A DNA stretch of 64,000 bases from Candidatus Sericytochromatia bacterium (GTDB lineage Bacteria > Cyanobacteriota > Sericytochromatia > S15B-MN24 > JAQBPE01), in the NCBI GenBank assembly GCA_035285325.1, contig JAYKJB010000120.1, positions 16,429-80,428 of the forward strand, in the 5' to 3' direction. The stretch's first letter is position 1, and the number at the start of each line of letters is the position of its first letter. Below, piece after piece: positions 18,220 to 27,574 of this stretch. Both the position numbers and the translations under genes were made by a program. The notes under the pieces are model-generated. The model did no database searches and was not told where the DNA came from. It worked only from the letters and a program-made list of their open reading frames with translations.

Positions 18220-19359
18220 TTATAGCAGTTTCGAGGGGTCCGACAGGCCCGAGAGCGTTTCAGCCCGTCCAGAGAACAAAGGGGTAAAGGAAGCCGGGTG
18301 AGGCAGCCCCAGATGCGCATAGGCCTTGGGATTCACCACCCGTCCGCGGGGGGTGCGGGCCAGGAAGCCTGCCTGCATGAGGTAGGGCTCATAAATGTCC
18401 TCGATGGTGGCCGGATCCTCACCCAGCGCGGCAGCCACCGTTTCGAGCCCCACCGGCCCCCCTCGGTGATGGTCGATGATGACCGTGAGCAACTGGCGGT
18501 CGAGGGGCTCCAGGCCAGAGGGATCCACGCCAAGACGATCGAGAGCGGCAGCCGCCACCGGCTCCGTGATGGCCCCCCCTCCGTTCACTTCGGAAAAGTC
18601 ACGTACTCGCCTCAGCAAGCGGTTCGCGACGCGGGGGGTGCCCCTGGCCCGACGTGCCATGGCCAAAGCCCCGGAAGGTTCCAGGACCAGCCCGAAAATG
18701 TCGGCAGCCCGATGCAGGATCGCAACGAGTTCGTCTTCGCGGTAGAAATTGAGGCGCTGAATCAACCCAAACCGATCACGCAGCGGCGCACTGAGGGCAC
18801 CCGCGCGGGTGGTGGCCCCGATCAGGGTGAAGCGAGGCAACGGCAAGCGACGCGTCCGGGCCGTTTGTCCCTTGCCTATCGTGATATCCAGGCTGAAATC
18901 TTCCATGGCCGGATAGAGCAGTTCTTCAGCCAGACGACTCAACCGGTGGATTTCATCGATGAACAGGACTTCACCCGGTTGCAGGGTGGCCAGCAAGCCC
19001 GCAATATCGCGCGGACGTTCAAGGGCAGGCGCCGAGGTGATGCGAACGGGCACGCCCATCTCTGCCGCGACAATCTGGGCCATGGTGGTCTTTCCAAGGC
19101 CCGGAGGCCCGTGCAGCAACAAATGGTCCAGCGGCTCCTGGCGACGACGCGCGGCATCGATCGCCACCTGCAGAACGTCCTTGAGCTCGCTCTGACCCGC
19201 ATAATCCGCCAAGCGCCGCGGTCTCAGGCCACCATTCTCCGCCTGATCTTCGGGTTGTACTTCGGGCGTCAATAGACGCACGGGCGGCGTGACGGGCGCA
19301 CTCAGCGTGTCACGCACCCGTTTCGGAATGGGGTCCTCGGAAGAATTGATGATGGCCAA
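18220..19359 (-). CDS. ruvB: Holliday junction branch migration helicase RuvB
   Basis: [47 protein letters not shown]. Confidence 0.98.
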   Translation of the reverse strand: MAIINSSEDPIPKRVRDTLSAPVTPPVRLLTPEVQPEDQAENGGLRPRRLADYAGQSELKDVLQVAIDAARRRQEPLDHLLLHGPPGLGKTTMAQIVAAEMGVPVRITSAPALERPRDIAGLLATLQPGEVLFIDEIHRLSRLAEELLYPAMEDFSLDITIGKGQTARTRRLPLPRFTLIGATTRAGALSAPLRDRFGLIQRLNFYREDELVAILHRAADIFGLVLEPSGALAMARRARGTPRVANRLLRRVRDFSEVNGGGAITEPVAAAALDRLGVDPSGLEPLDRQLLTVIIDHHRGGPVGLETVAAALGEDPATIEDIYEPYLMQAGFLARTPRGRVVNPKAYAHLGLPHPASFTPLFSGRAETLSGLSDPSKLL

Positions 19360-19437
19360 TGGGCTGTCTCACCACGTCGGCCGACACCGGCCTGGAGGCA
19401 TGGTAGCATAGAACAAGTGTTCCAGGTACCACAGGGC

Positions 19438-19806
19438 TCACGCAGGGGGCGAGAGAACCTGAGCCAGAGCGTCGAGCAGCATTTGACTGCGAATGGCTTT
19501 CTCCAGACACAGGGTGTGATGGGGGCGCAGCAAGTCCATCACGCGCGTTTCCGATTCGGCCGTCACGAACACCATCGGGATGTCCCGCGTGGCCGTCTGA
19601 CCACGTAACCTACGGGCCACCTCATCGCCATCCAACAAGGGCAGGTTGACGTCGAGCACAATGGCTGCCGGCAACTCAGCCTCCGCGATGCGCAGAGCGT
19701 CCAAGCCGTTCCGTGCGATCAACACCTCGTAGCCGCGATCACGCAGGCGACGAGAGAGAAACTCGACGGTGTCTGGGTTGTCCTCAACCAGCAAGATCGT
19801 GGGCAT
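19438..19806 (-). CDS. Single-domain response regulator (CheY/DivK-like)
   Basis: ILLVEDN, phospho-acceptor LDVNLP, TA and conserved K. Confidence 0.9.
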   Translation of the reverse strand: MPTILLVEDNPDTVEFLSRRLRDRGYEVLIARNGLDALRIAEAELPAAIVLDVNLPLLDGDEVARRLRGQTATRDIPMVFVTAESETRVMDLLRPHHTLCLEKAIRSQMLLDALAQVLSPPA

Positions 19807-19891
19807 GGCAGGTACCGCGCACCCAAGCTCAGGCAGTCATCGCACGGAATGGTGACACGCAAGCCCGGCCCTGTTCGACCGGGCCACAGAT

Positions 19892-20731
19892 TCAGTTCAA
19901 TCCAAAAGTGGTTTGGAGGGCTTGGACGCAGTGAGGCAGGTCCACAGATTGCACCTGGCCCATCACGATCAAGCGCACGTCTTGTTCGGAGACACCCGCC
20001 TCTTCTGCCACCTGGCGAACTCCGAGGCCACGCCTCCCCATTTCGCGAAACAATTCTCTGACCCAAGGCTCATAGCGATCATCGGGGGGGAAAATTTTCA
20101 GCATCTCATCGGAAAGGTGACGGGCCGAGGAGACCTGGGCGGCGTATCCACGCGCCACCAACATTTTGGATACCAGCAGGTTCATAAAGACGTGTTCGAT
20201 GGCCCCCGGATTGCGGTCCGCCCAGTCCTGGACCGGCGCAAGATACTCGGAGAAGGCTTCCGGCGCCATTCCAGCGGCCGTGGCAATCTTCTCAATCACC
20301 TCGGGGTTGCGCGGAAATGGGACATCTCCACGCAGAATTTCGTACATGTAGGTGCGGCTGACCGGGACCTGGCGTGCGAATTCCTGCCGGCTGAGACCGA
20401 GGTCCTGTAGACGTTCCCACAGCTTACGCGTCGAAACGGGCAGGACGCTGACGAGTTGTTGATACTCGACGAACAGCATGGGGTCGATCCGGGCCACTTC
20501 GGCGAACTTCTCAAGCGTTTCCCGGACCGCTGGAAATTTGACCTTGCTGTTGAATATGCGCGACACATACTCGTAGCTCAGGCCGGTCTCGTTGACGAAC
20601 GTGCGGCGGTTAACGCCGGCCGCATCCAAGCTTCGCTTGAGAATCTCGATCGACGGTGAGCGCGGCTTGATGCCGGCAGAATCGCGGCGCACAGGCCGAC
20701 GAGAAGGAAGAGCACGAGCGCGTTCGGACAC
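19892..20731 (-). CDS. Multi-HTH (XRE/cI-like) DNA-binding protein
   Basis: Three HTH-like segments (GVNRRTFVNETGLSYEYVSRI, GLSRQEFARQVPVSRTYMYEI, GLGVRQVAEEAGVS). Confidence 0.75.
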   Translation of the reverse strand: MSERARALPSRRPVRRDSAGIKPRSPSIEILKRSLDAAGVNRRTFVNETGLSYEYVSRIFNSKVKFPAVRETLEKFAEVARIDPMLFVEYQQLVSVLPVSTRKLWERLQDLGLSRQEFARQVPVSRTYMYEILRGDVPFPRNPEVIEKIATAAGMAPEAFSEYLAPVQDWADRNPGAIEHVFMNLLVSKMLVARGYAAQVSSARHLSDEMLKIFPPDDRYEPWVRELFREMGRRGLGVRQVAEEAGVSEQDVRLIVMGQVQSVDLPHCVQALQTTFGLN

Positions 20732-20898
20732 GTTGAACCACCCTTTCTGCGACGCTGTTCAGGTCATCGCGAGGTGCTGATAAACGCTGTCCCACCAGCT
20801 GAGCTGATAACGCTCCAGTGTCACTATAGCACGAAGGATGGGTGAGCAAACAAGCCCCTGGCCGGCCTTCCTTGGAGCGGAGCGGGACTCCGATGACG

Positions 20899-20924
20899 CA
20901 AGGGCCGCCAGACGGCGGCCCTTG
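20899..20924. terminator. GC-rich hairpin downstream of the amylase gene
   Basis: 11-bp stem CAAGGGCCGCC / GGCGGCCCTTG with a 4-nt loop; no U-tract. Confidence 0.4.
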
Positions 20925-21033
20925 GGTGGTGATTCGGTCAGATCAAACGATCGGCCGCGCGCGGACGACTCCCCCCGGTGCTCGGTGTTCCTCGCTTGAG
21001 CCCAGGCAGCAGCGCGAGGCCGGCCCGCTGCCA

Positions 21034-22599
21034 TCAGCGCGTTTCGGGAGCGAGGATGGCAGTCTGATGGGCCTCAAGTTTGTCGAGGCGAACGGAACCA
21101 CCGACCACCGTGACCGTCCGCCGCGAGAGCAGGTCACGCAGCCGCGTGCCCTCAGGGTAGATCTGGCCCACGCTGAAGGCCAGATCACGCGTTTCGTCGC
21201 CGCTGTTCATCGCCACGACCACCTGTTGCCCCTGATCGGCCCGCGCGAAGACGAACTGACGGTAGTGATTGTGACGCATCAAGGTGCGAACTTCCCCCCC
21301 ACGCAGGGCCGGGTTGGACTTGCGCAACGCCACCAGCCGCTTCACGAAGCGCAGCATGTCGTTGCCCTCGTTGGCCTCCTCCCAGGGAAAACAGCGCCGG
21401 TTATCCGGGTCCTTGCCGCCCAGCATGCCGATTTCATCCCCGTAATAGATCACGGGAGCGCCGGGCTGAGTGAACATGTAGAGCAAGGCTTCCTTGGTTC
21501 GAACGAGATCGCCGCCGGCCTCGGTGCGCACCCGCGCCACGTCGTGGCTGCCGAGGATGTTGAAGCTGGCCTCCGTCACCTCCTGGCCATAATGCCGGCG
21601 CAGGGAACTCTGACGCGCATCAAGGTCGTCCACGCTGGATTTGCGGTAAGCGAAGAAATCGAGAATGGCGGAACGCCCCACATAGTTCATGACCGCATCG
21701 AACTGGTCCCCTTGCAACCACTGAGAGCCGTCCTCCCAGATTTCACCCACAATGTAGGCTTCTGGATTGATGGCGCGCACGCGACGCCGCCACTCCCGCC
21801 AGAAATCCGCGTTGTCGATCTCATTGGGCACGTCGAGGCGCCAGCCATCGATGCCCTGGCGGGTCCAGTACTCGGTGACGTCGAACAGGTACTCCTGAAC
21901 CTTCCGGTTGCGGGCCGCCGTCAATTGAGGCAAGGTCCCAAACCCCCACCAGGCGTTGTAATTCGGCTTTGGCGAAGTGACCACCGGGAAGCCCCAGATG
22001 CTGTAATAGCTCCAGTAGGGGCTCTGGGGACCGTTTTGCTTGCAGTCCAGGAAGAACGGATGGTCATCGCCGGTATGGTTGAAGACCCCATCCAGCAGAA
22101 CCCGGATTCCCGCCGCGTGCAAGGCGTCCAGCGTGGCCTTGAAATCCGCATTGGTCCCGAAGGCCGGGTCAATCTGCATGTAGTCGGCGGTGTTGTACTT
22201 GTGGTTGGAACTGGCCTTGAACAGCGGATTGAAGTAAACCGCATTGATCCCCAGCGACTTCAAGTAGGGAATTTTGGCCTTCACGCCGGCCAGGTCGCCA
22301 CCAAAAAAGTTTTCGTATTCAGGCTTTCCTCCCCAGGGTTGCGCGCCGGCAGGGTCATTGGCCCGGCTTCCGTTGGCAAAGCGCTCGGGGAAGATCTGGT
22401 AGAAAACAGCGTCCTTGACCCACTTCGGCGTGAAACCCTGGCGCTTGATGGCGGGTCCCCGCCGTTGCGCCTGCTGAACGAGACCGGAGCGCTTGGTTTG
22501 TGATTGCGCGGCCCCTAGCACAGCGCCACAGCCCGTCAAAGCGAGAGACGCGACCAGGCAAGCAGACCCCCAGGTTTTGGCACCCATTGCGTTGCGCAC
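21034..22599 (-). CDS. GH13 alpha-amylase / cyclomaltodextrinase-neopullulanase-like lipoprotein
   Basis: YQIFPERF, catalytic GWRLDV, VGEIW and GSHD motifs; lipobox LTGC. Confidence 0.93.
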   Translation of the reverse strand: MRNAMGAKTWGSACLVASLALTGCGAVLGAAQSQTKRSGLVQQAQRRGPAIKRQGFTPKWVKDAVFYQIFPERFANGSRANDPAGAQPWGGKPEYENFFGGDLAGVKAKIPYLKSLGINAVYFNPLFKASSNHKYNTADYMQIDPAFGTNADFKATLDALHAAGIRVLLDGVFNHTGDDHPFFLDCKQNGPQSPYWSYYSIWGFPVVTSPKPNYNAWWGFGTLPQLTAARNRKVQEYLFDVTEYWTRQGIDGWRLDVPNEIDNADFWREWRRRVRAINPEAYIVGEIWEDGSQWLQGDQFDAVMNYVGRSAILDFFAYRKSSVDDLDARQSSLRRHYGQEVTEASFNILGSHDVARVRTEAGGDLVRTKEALLYMFTQPGAPVIYYGDEIGMLGGKDPDNRRCFPWEEANEGNDMLRFVKRLVALRKSNPALRGGEVRTLMRHNHYRQFVFARADQGQQVVVAMNSGDETRDLAFSVGQIYPEGTRLRDLLSRRTVTVVGGSVRLDKLEAHQTAILAPETR

Positions 22600-22663
22600 A
22601 GCTTCACTCCATCCAACTTATCAATGCGACCCGTCAAGCGATAGACGTCTTTTTATTTTACGC

Positions 22664-22707
22664 GAATTTAAACTAAATTCAACCTTTATTTTTTATTTTC
22701 TTAACTA
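22664..22707. promoter_or_regulatory. AT-rich operator-like region upstream of the amylase gene
   Basis: Perfect inverted repeat GAATTTA-AAC-TAAATTC (22664-22680), overlapping 11-bp-periodic units TTTAAACT, TTCAACCT and CTTAACTA. Confidence 0.5.
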
Positions 22708-22986
22708 TCGCGACCAGGCGGCCAGCTGTCGGTCACTCAGGTGTCGTTCTGTCCCCAAAACCGCGTCCGGGTGGCGGTTGCATCAGGCGCCCCCCTGCCA
22801 GCCGAGAAGAGCACCCCTGCGCGCCGGCCTCGCATCCCCCCAGGGCATCGGGATTCAGATCGTGTGGCGACGAGCACCGGGCAGGCCAGGTTGCTCGCCG
22901 GGTCGCCCCGTGAGGGTCAAGCCACGGCATAAGGCCGCACATGGCGCGGGACTTGCGACACCAACCATGCCGATGGAGGGGGGCGT

Positions 22987-24423
22987 TCAGTACCGTTCGG
23001 CGAACAAGGGCGCTTCGACCGCAGCCCGCCAGACGACCTCGCGTGCCGGACTCACCTCGATCACGCGCTGGTTGCCCGTGTCGGCAATCAGCGTGTTCCC
23101 GTTCGGCAGACGCACCGCAGAATTGGGCAGAAAACAGGTGGCACGATTGCCGTCGCCACCAAAGTCCCAAGCCAGGCGGTGGTCTGGGGTGATCTCCAGA
23201 ATTCGGCTGTTCCCGGTGTCGGTCACCAGGGTGTTGCCGTTGGGCAAGCGCGTGGCGTGCGTCGGGCGATTGAGATTGCTCAGATCGCCGTCCCCGAAGC
23301 CCCAGACAATGCGACCCGCATCATTGACTTCGATCACGCGATGATGGCCCGTATCAGCCACCAGAGTGGTCTTGCTGAGGTCGAGGCGCTCCACGCTCAT
23401 CGGGCGAGCCAGATCGACCTTCAGCGTCCGCTGAACCTGCTGGGAAGACGAGACCTCGATGACCCGGTCATTGCCGGTATCGGCAATGAACGTGTTGCCG
23501 CTGGCCGCGCGATGAACACCCTGTGGCTGACTCAAGCGACCGAGCACGAGCGGCTTGTAGGACCACACAGAGGTCCCGGTCGGGGTAACCTCTTCCACCC
23601 CCTGAGAGGTGGCCAGCAACAGGTGACCATTCGCCAGCACGCGAACCTGGCCCGCCCCTCGCCGGAGTTGCGCCAGTCGACTGGTCGCAGAGTCGAGTTC
23701 CAGGACGGCCTGCGAGGTGGCGATCCAGGTGTGTCCCAACCGGTTCAGATCACGGGCAGGCACCAGGCGAAAGTCCGCCCGCATCGAAGCACCAGCCCGC
23801 AGGGCCACCCCGAGCCGTTGCTCCCGGAAACCCGGAAAGTGGGCCAAGACGATGGGAGTCCCGACAGGCACGGCTTTCAGAAGAAAAGAACCATCGGCAT
23901 TGGAACGGGTTGAACCGGAAATCCCCACCACCGAAACGGTGGCTCCGTGCAAGGGGCGCCCCGTGACGGCATCCAGGACCGCGCCCCCGATGGTTCCCCT
24001 TGGCGCGTTGGCCGGCGCCACCAGCACGGTGACCAGCACAGGCGCTTCATTCTCCACATCCAGCGCGTGAGTGGCGCGCAGTTCCTGCAGGCGAGCCACG
24101 GCCTGGTATCCCTTCCCTGGCGGAACCTTCGGGAAGCTGGCGCGACCCTCGACGTCGGTCTTGATTTCCGGCCCCACGGAAGCGCCGCCGGCATCCAGCA
24201 GGGCCACACTGGCGCCTGCCAGCGGCCTGGCCGCGGCGTCAATCACGGTGATCGTCACGCCGGAGGTTCGTCCCTTGGCCTCCGCGGCAGGGGCCGCCCC
24301 CAGGGCCGAGGGAGCGGGCGTGTTGAATTCTTGACGAGAGCCGCAGGCCGAAAGGACGACACTCGCCCCGGTCAGGGCGACCATCATCCATCGGCGAGTA
24401 TGCGGCAGCAGCATCAGCAGCAC
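22987..24423 (-). CDS. Lipoprotein with two carboxypeptidase-regulatory-like domains and an NHL-like beta-propeller
   Basis: Lipobox LSAC; repeats IADTGNDRVIEV, VADTGHHRVIEV, VTDTGNSRILEI, IADTGNQRVIEV. Confidence 0.85.
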   Translation of the reverse strand: MLLMLLPHTRRWMMVALTGASVVLSACGSRQEFNTPAPSALGAAPAAEAKGRTSGVTITVIDAAARPLAGASVALLDAGGASVGPEIKTDVEGRASFPKVPPGKGYQAVARLQELRATHALDVENEAPVLVTVLVAPANAPRGTIGGAVLDAVTGRPLHGATVSVVGISGSTRSNADGSFLLKAVPVGTPIVLAHFPGFREQRLGVALRAGASMRADFRLVPARDLNRLGHTWIATSQAVLELDSATSRLAQLRRGAGQVRVLANGHLLLATSQGVEEVTPTGTSVWSYKPLVLGRLSQPQGVHRAASGNTFIADTGNDRVIEVSSSQQVQRTLKVDLARPMSVERLDLSKTTLVADTGHHRVIEVNDAGRIVWGFGDGDLSNLNRPTHATRLPNGNTLVTDTGNSRILEITPDHRLAWDFGGDGNRATCFLPNSAVRLPNGNTLIADTGNQRVIEVSPAREVVWRAAVEAPLFAERY

Positions 24424-25416
24424 TCAGGGCACGAAGTAACCGAGCGGAGCGATCGCCTTGGCGATCGCCTTGGCGTTGTGCATGTTATGGGTATCCGTCC
24501 GAACCGCGCAAACGGTCCAGGTATAGCGTGTACCGACATTCAGAGGAACCGACCACTGCATCGGGCGGGTGCCTTCGAAGACGTCCATCTGTTGGCCATA
24601 CATCATGACGCTGGCGTCCGTGTCGGTCCGGAAGCCACGCCACATCGGCAACGACGGAAGCACGCCCCGCACGGTCTTGAAGACCTCGACGTAGTAACCA
24701 TCCGCCCCCCGAGAAGGGGTCCACTTGAAATAAGGCGTCTGCCCCACCTGGCTCGCCCCCTGGCCTGGCTCACGCAGGTAAGGAACGTCCAGTGGAGAGA
24801 GCGGCGCGCAGTTGTCCTGGCCCGCCGCAATCACGTTGCCGGCTCGGTCCAGCGCTTCGACGGTGAAGACGTATTCCTGGCCGACGTTGAGATTCCCAAG
24901 TCCGCCCATCCCGCCCCCGACGATGGCCACGGGCATCCACTGGGGCAGGTAGTAGCACAACTTGCCCTTGTCCCCGGAGGCCTGACCTTCACGGGAAGCC
25001 AGGGAATAGATGCGATAAGCCCCGGCGCCCTTCACGGGGGTCCAGGTCACGCGCGCCCGGATCACGGTGGCTTTGAGATTCCCCATGCTCGGAGCCGGCA
25101 TCAAGGTGTGAGTCGAGGCCAGGGCGCGCACCTGCAAGCTGGCCGGCTCGACCGGAGTGGAGGAGGCCTTCGGGATCGGCGGAAGGTTGACAGGGCCTTC
25201 GACCGGATCGGACTCGGCCATCTCCGGTTGGGTCTCCTGGTAGACCTCGTTCACGATCGGGTTGCGCGGCGCTGCGGGAGCGGCCTTGTCGCTGAGTGCG
25301 GTCTGGCTGCCGAAATTGGGCGTGGGGCGACCACAGCCAGCCACCCAGGTCGCGCAGAGAATCGCCAGGGCGAGTGACTTCGCCACGTCGTTCTGGCACC
25401 ACATTCCGGCCATCAC
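24424..25416 (-). CDS. Lipoprotein with fibronectin type III-like domains
   Basis: Lipobox VAGC; VTWTPVKGAGAYRIY...YVFTVEA and FKWTPSRGADGYYVEV...YTWTV. Confidence 0.75.
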   Translation of the reverse strand: MMAGMWCQNDVAKSLALAILCATWVAGCGRPTPNFGSQTALSDKAAPAAPRNPIVNEVYQETQPEMAESDPVEGPVNLPPIPKASSTPVEPASLQVRALASTHTLMPAPSMGNLKATVIRARVTWTPVKGAGAYRIYSLASREGQASGDKGKLCYYLPQWMPVAIVGGGMGGLGNLNVGQEYVFTVEALDRAGNVIAAGQDNCAPLSPLDVPYLREPGQGASQVGQTPYFKWTPSRGADGYYVEVFKTVRGVLPSLPMWRGFRTDTDASVMMYGQQMDVFEGTRPMQWSVPLNVGTRYTWTVCAVRTDTHNMHNAKAIAKAIAPLGYFVP

Positions 25417-25528
25417 AGGTCCCCTTCCATCACGTGGCGACTCGCCACGGTGCTCTTCACACGAGGGCCACCCTGACGTGGCACCTGATGAATCTATCGC
25501 TGATGATCCGAGTGGGGTTGCGTCCAGA

Positions 25529-25558
25529 AGTTGAAGAAAACGTTAAGTTATACTTAAC
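25529..25558 (-). promoter_or_regulatory. Three 8-bp direct repeats at 11-bp period (Pho-box-like)
   Basis: Minus strand reads GTTAAGTA-TAA-CTTAACGT-TTT-CTTCAACT; includes the palindrome GTTAAGT-TAT-ACTTAAC. Confidence 0.55.
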
Positions 25559-25607
25559 TGGGCGCTAATTCACAGCATCTTGACGCGGCGAAGGGGAGCC
25601 GAAGCCG

Positions 25608-25639
25608 CAAACAAAACAGCCATCCAAAATGGATGGCTG
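25608..25639 (-). terminator. Intrinsic terminator after tRNA-Gly
   Basis: 10-bp stem CAGCCATCCA / TGGATGGCTG followed on the minus strand by TTTTGTTT. Confidence 0.85.
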
Positions 25640-25646
25640 TCGGAGG

Positions 25647-25718
25647 AGCGGGAAAAGGGATTCGAACCCTCGACCCCCACCTTGGCAAGGTGGTGTTCTA
25701 CCACTGAACTATTCCCGC
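25647..25718 (-). tRNA. tRNA-Gly (GCC), 3' CCA not encoded
   Basis: GCGGGAA acceptor stem, D-loop AGTGGTA, anticodon loop TTGCCAA, T-loop TTCGAAT; followed by CCT rather than CCA. Confidence 0.98.
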
Positions 25719-25861
25719 AATTTGTTTGGCGCGCCTTAACGACACCGCAAACGTGTTTAAACAATAGCACGGGTGGTGCCCGCTGTAAAGTGGGTCGGGA
25801 GATTCTCGTGACAATTGCCGGAGTCCGCTCGGCGACAAGCGCCCTGCGGGCTGAACGTCCG

Positions 25862-27565
25862 TCAAGTCAAGCGCAAGCGCTGCTGAAGCGCCGTGAGACG
25901 AGCCTGAAGCTCGGACGTCTCCAGGTCCCGGTACAAGGGAGGCAACAAGCGACGACTGGAACATTCGAAGATGGCCAGCAACTCCATGAAGGCGATCATG
26001 TCCCGATCGCGGTGGGGAATGTAATCCCGACACGCCGCGTCCGCATCGGAGCGCGTGATCTCTTCCCGCGCCTCCAGGGCCGCGAAGCGCGCGGCGATCA
26101 GCAAGACGGCCTCAAGTTCCGCCCCGGAATACCCTTCCAGCAGGCTCAACGGCTCCAGCGCATCGGTGGTCGCGCAGCGCAGTCGATTCTTTCGCACGAG
26201 CGCCTCCACCAGCGCCCGGCGTGCCTCCCGGTGATGGGGAAAGAACAGCGGAATTTTCAGGTCAAACCGCCCCGGCCGCTTGAGATCGACATCCAGCTTG
26301 TCGGGGCGGTTGGTCATCACCAACCAGAGCACCCGCCCACGCTGACGCGTGTCGGCCATGAAAGCCTTCAAGGTGGCAAACACCCGGCTACTGGTTCCAG
26401 AGTCGCCATCCTCCCCTCCGAAAGCCCGCTCCACCTCATCCACCACCACCATGACCGAGCCCATGGTCTGGATCAGGCCCAGAATTTTTTGCAGATTGGC
26501 CTCGGTGGACCCGACCCATTTTTCCCGAAAGTTCTTCAAGACCAGGCACGTGAGTCCCGACTCCCGTGCGAAGGCAGCGGCCAAGAAGCTCTTGCCCGTT
26601 CCCATGGGCCCTACCAGCATCACGCCCATCGGCACCTGCTGCGTCTGCCCCTCCCGGATCGCCCGGGCCGCCGCCAGCAAGACCCCCTTGGGCTCCTCCA
26701 GCCCGCCGACGGCATCCAGTCCGTGCGGGGCCTCCATCAACTCCACCAGGCCCTGGCACTCGGCCTCGATCACCTCTTTGCGACGCTGCGACACCAGGGC
26801 AAAATCCACCGGCAACGCGGATTGCCTGGCCATGCGGAACATGTTGTCGATCTGAATGAAGCGCAACCCACTGGTGATGCGCGCCAGCGTCGCATCGTCC
26901 AGCACGCTTTCAAAAGCCCCCTCGCTCCGCCGGCGTGCGATCAGGGCGCAGCGATCCGCTTCAGGGGGACGTGGAATGACCAGTTGGGCCAGTTGCGGAC
27001 TGCCTGCGACGCGGCGATTCAGGTCCGCGACGTGCTCGCTGACCAGCAAGATCAGGTTGTCACCGCCCAAAATCCGGGCGTCCTTGGCCCAACGTTGCAA
27101 GGTCAGCACACAGACCCGGTCGTCGGCACTCAGCATGGCCAGGTCGGCCGCCGGGGCGATCGCCTCGGCAAAGTCGATCACGAGCGCCAAGCGCGAGCCC
27201 GGCGCCAGCAAAAAACGCTCGAGCAATGGCAGAACCTGGGCGGCCGCCGTGGGCAATTCCGCGGGTTCGAAGACCTCACCATCGGCCAGCGCCAGCGTCG
27301 CCCGCTGTTGCAAGAAGCGTCGTTTCATCTCGGGCTGCGCAAACGTGAGCCCTTCTGACGGGTCGTAGAAGACGACCAGTTCCTTGGCCGCCAGCAACCC
27401 CTCGGCCAGGAACGTTCGCAGCGGCACGAAGCCGCTCCGCCAGGGCACCAGGTCATGAACGTTTCCGTGAAGCAAGAACTGCGCGGATTCGCCAGCCAGA
27501 TAGCGGCGCCGGAGGTCCTGGGCCCAGCCCGGTAGCGCCACGATGTCCTGGGAGGTGTCGGTCAC
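25862..27565 (-). CDS. AAA+ ATPase (SpoVK/Ycf46/Vps4-like) with a degenerate N-terminal AAA-like domain
   Basis: Walker A GPMGTGKS, Walker B VVVVDE, SRH TNRPDKLD...RPGRFD; N-terminal LLHGNVHD without a Walker A. Confidence 0.92.
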   Translation of the reverse strand: MTDTSQDIVALPGWAQDLRRRYLAGESAQFLLHGNVHDLVPWRSGFVPLRTFLAEGLLAAKELVVFYDPSEGLTFAQPEMKRRFLQQRATLALADGEVFEPAELPTAAAQVLPLLERFLLAPGSRLALVIDFAEAIAPAADLAMLSADDRVCVLTLQRWAKDARILGGDNLILLVSEHVADLNRRVAGSPQLAQLVIPRPPEADRCALIARRRSEGAFESVLDDATLARITSGLRFIQIDNMFRMARQSALPVDFALVSQRRKEVIEAECQGLVELMEAPHGLDAVGGLEEPKGVLLAAARAIREGQTQQVPMGVMLVGPMGTGKSFLAAAFARESGLTCLVLKNFREKWVGSTEANLQKILGLIQTMGSVMVVVDEVERAFGGEDGDSGTSSRVFATLKAFMADTRQRGRVLWLVMTNRPDKLDVDLKRPGRFDLKIPLFFPHHREARRALVEALVRKNRLRCATTDALEPLSLLEGYSGAELEAVLLIAARFAALEAREEITRSDADAACRDYIPHRDRDMIAFMELLAIFECSSRRLLPPLYRDLETSELQARLTALQQRLRLT

Positions 27566-27574
27566 GGGAGGCCC

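Noticed and set aside
18220-19359. ruvB without ruvA/ruvC as an anomaly
   Set aside because: Dispersed ruv genes are common, including in cyanobacterial lineages; the protein is canonical.
20820-21030. Possible SRP, 6S or other ncRNA in the 300-nt intergenic region
   Set aside because: No SRP CAGG..GGAAGCAGC motif or long 6S-like stem is recognisable; only one hairpin, reported separately.
22987-23600. CRISPR-like or tandem DNA repeats
   Set aside because: The recurrence is protein-level NHL repeats (ADTG..RVIEV) with variable codons; I found no repeat-spacer array anywhere in the window.
25420-25720. tRNA-Gly as an island integration site
   Set aside because: No integrase or mobile genes nearby, and I saw no duplicated tRNA 3' end; a normal terminator follows the tRNA.
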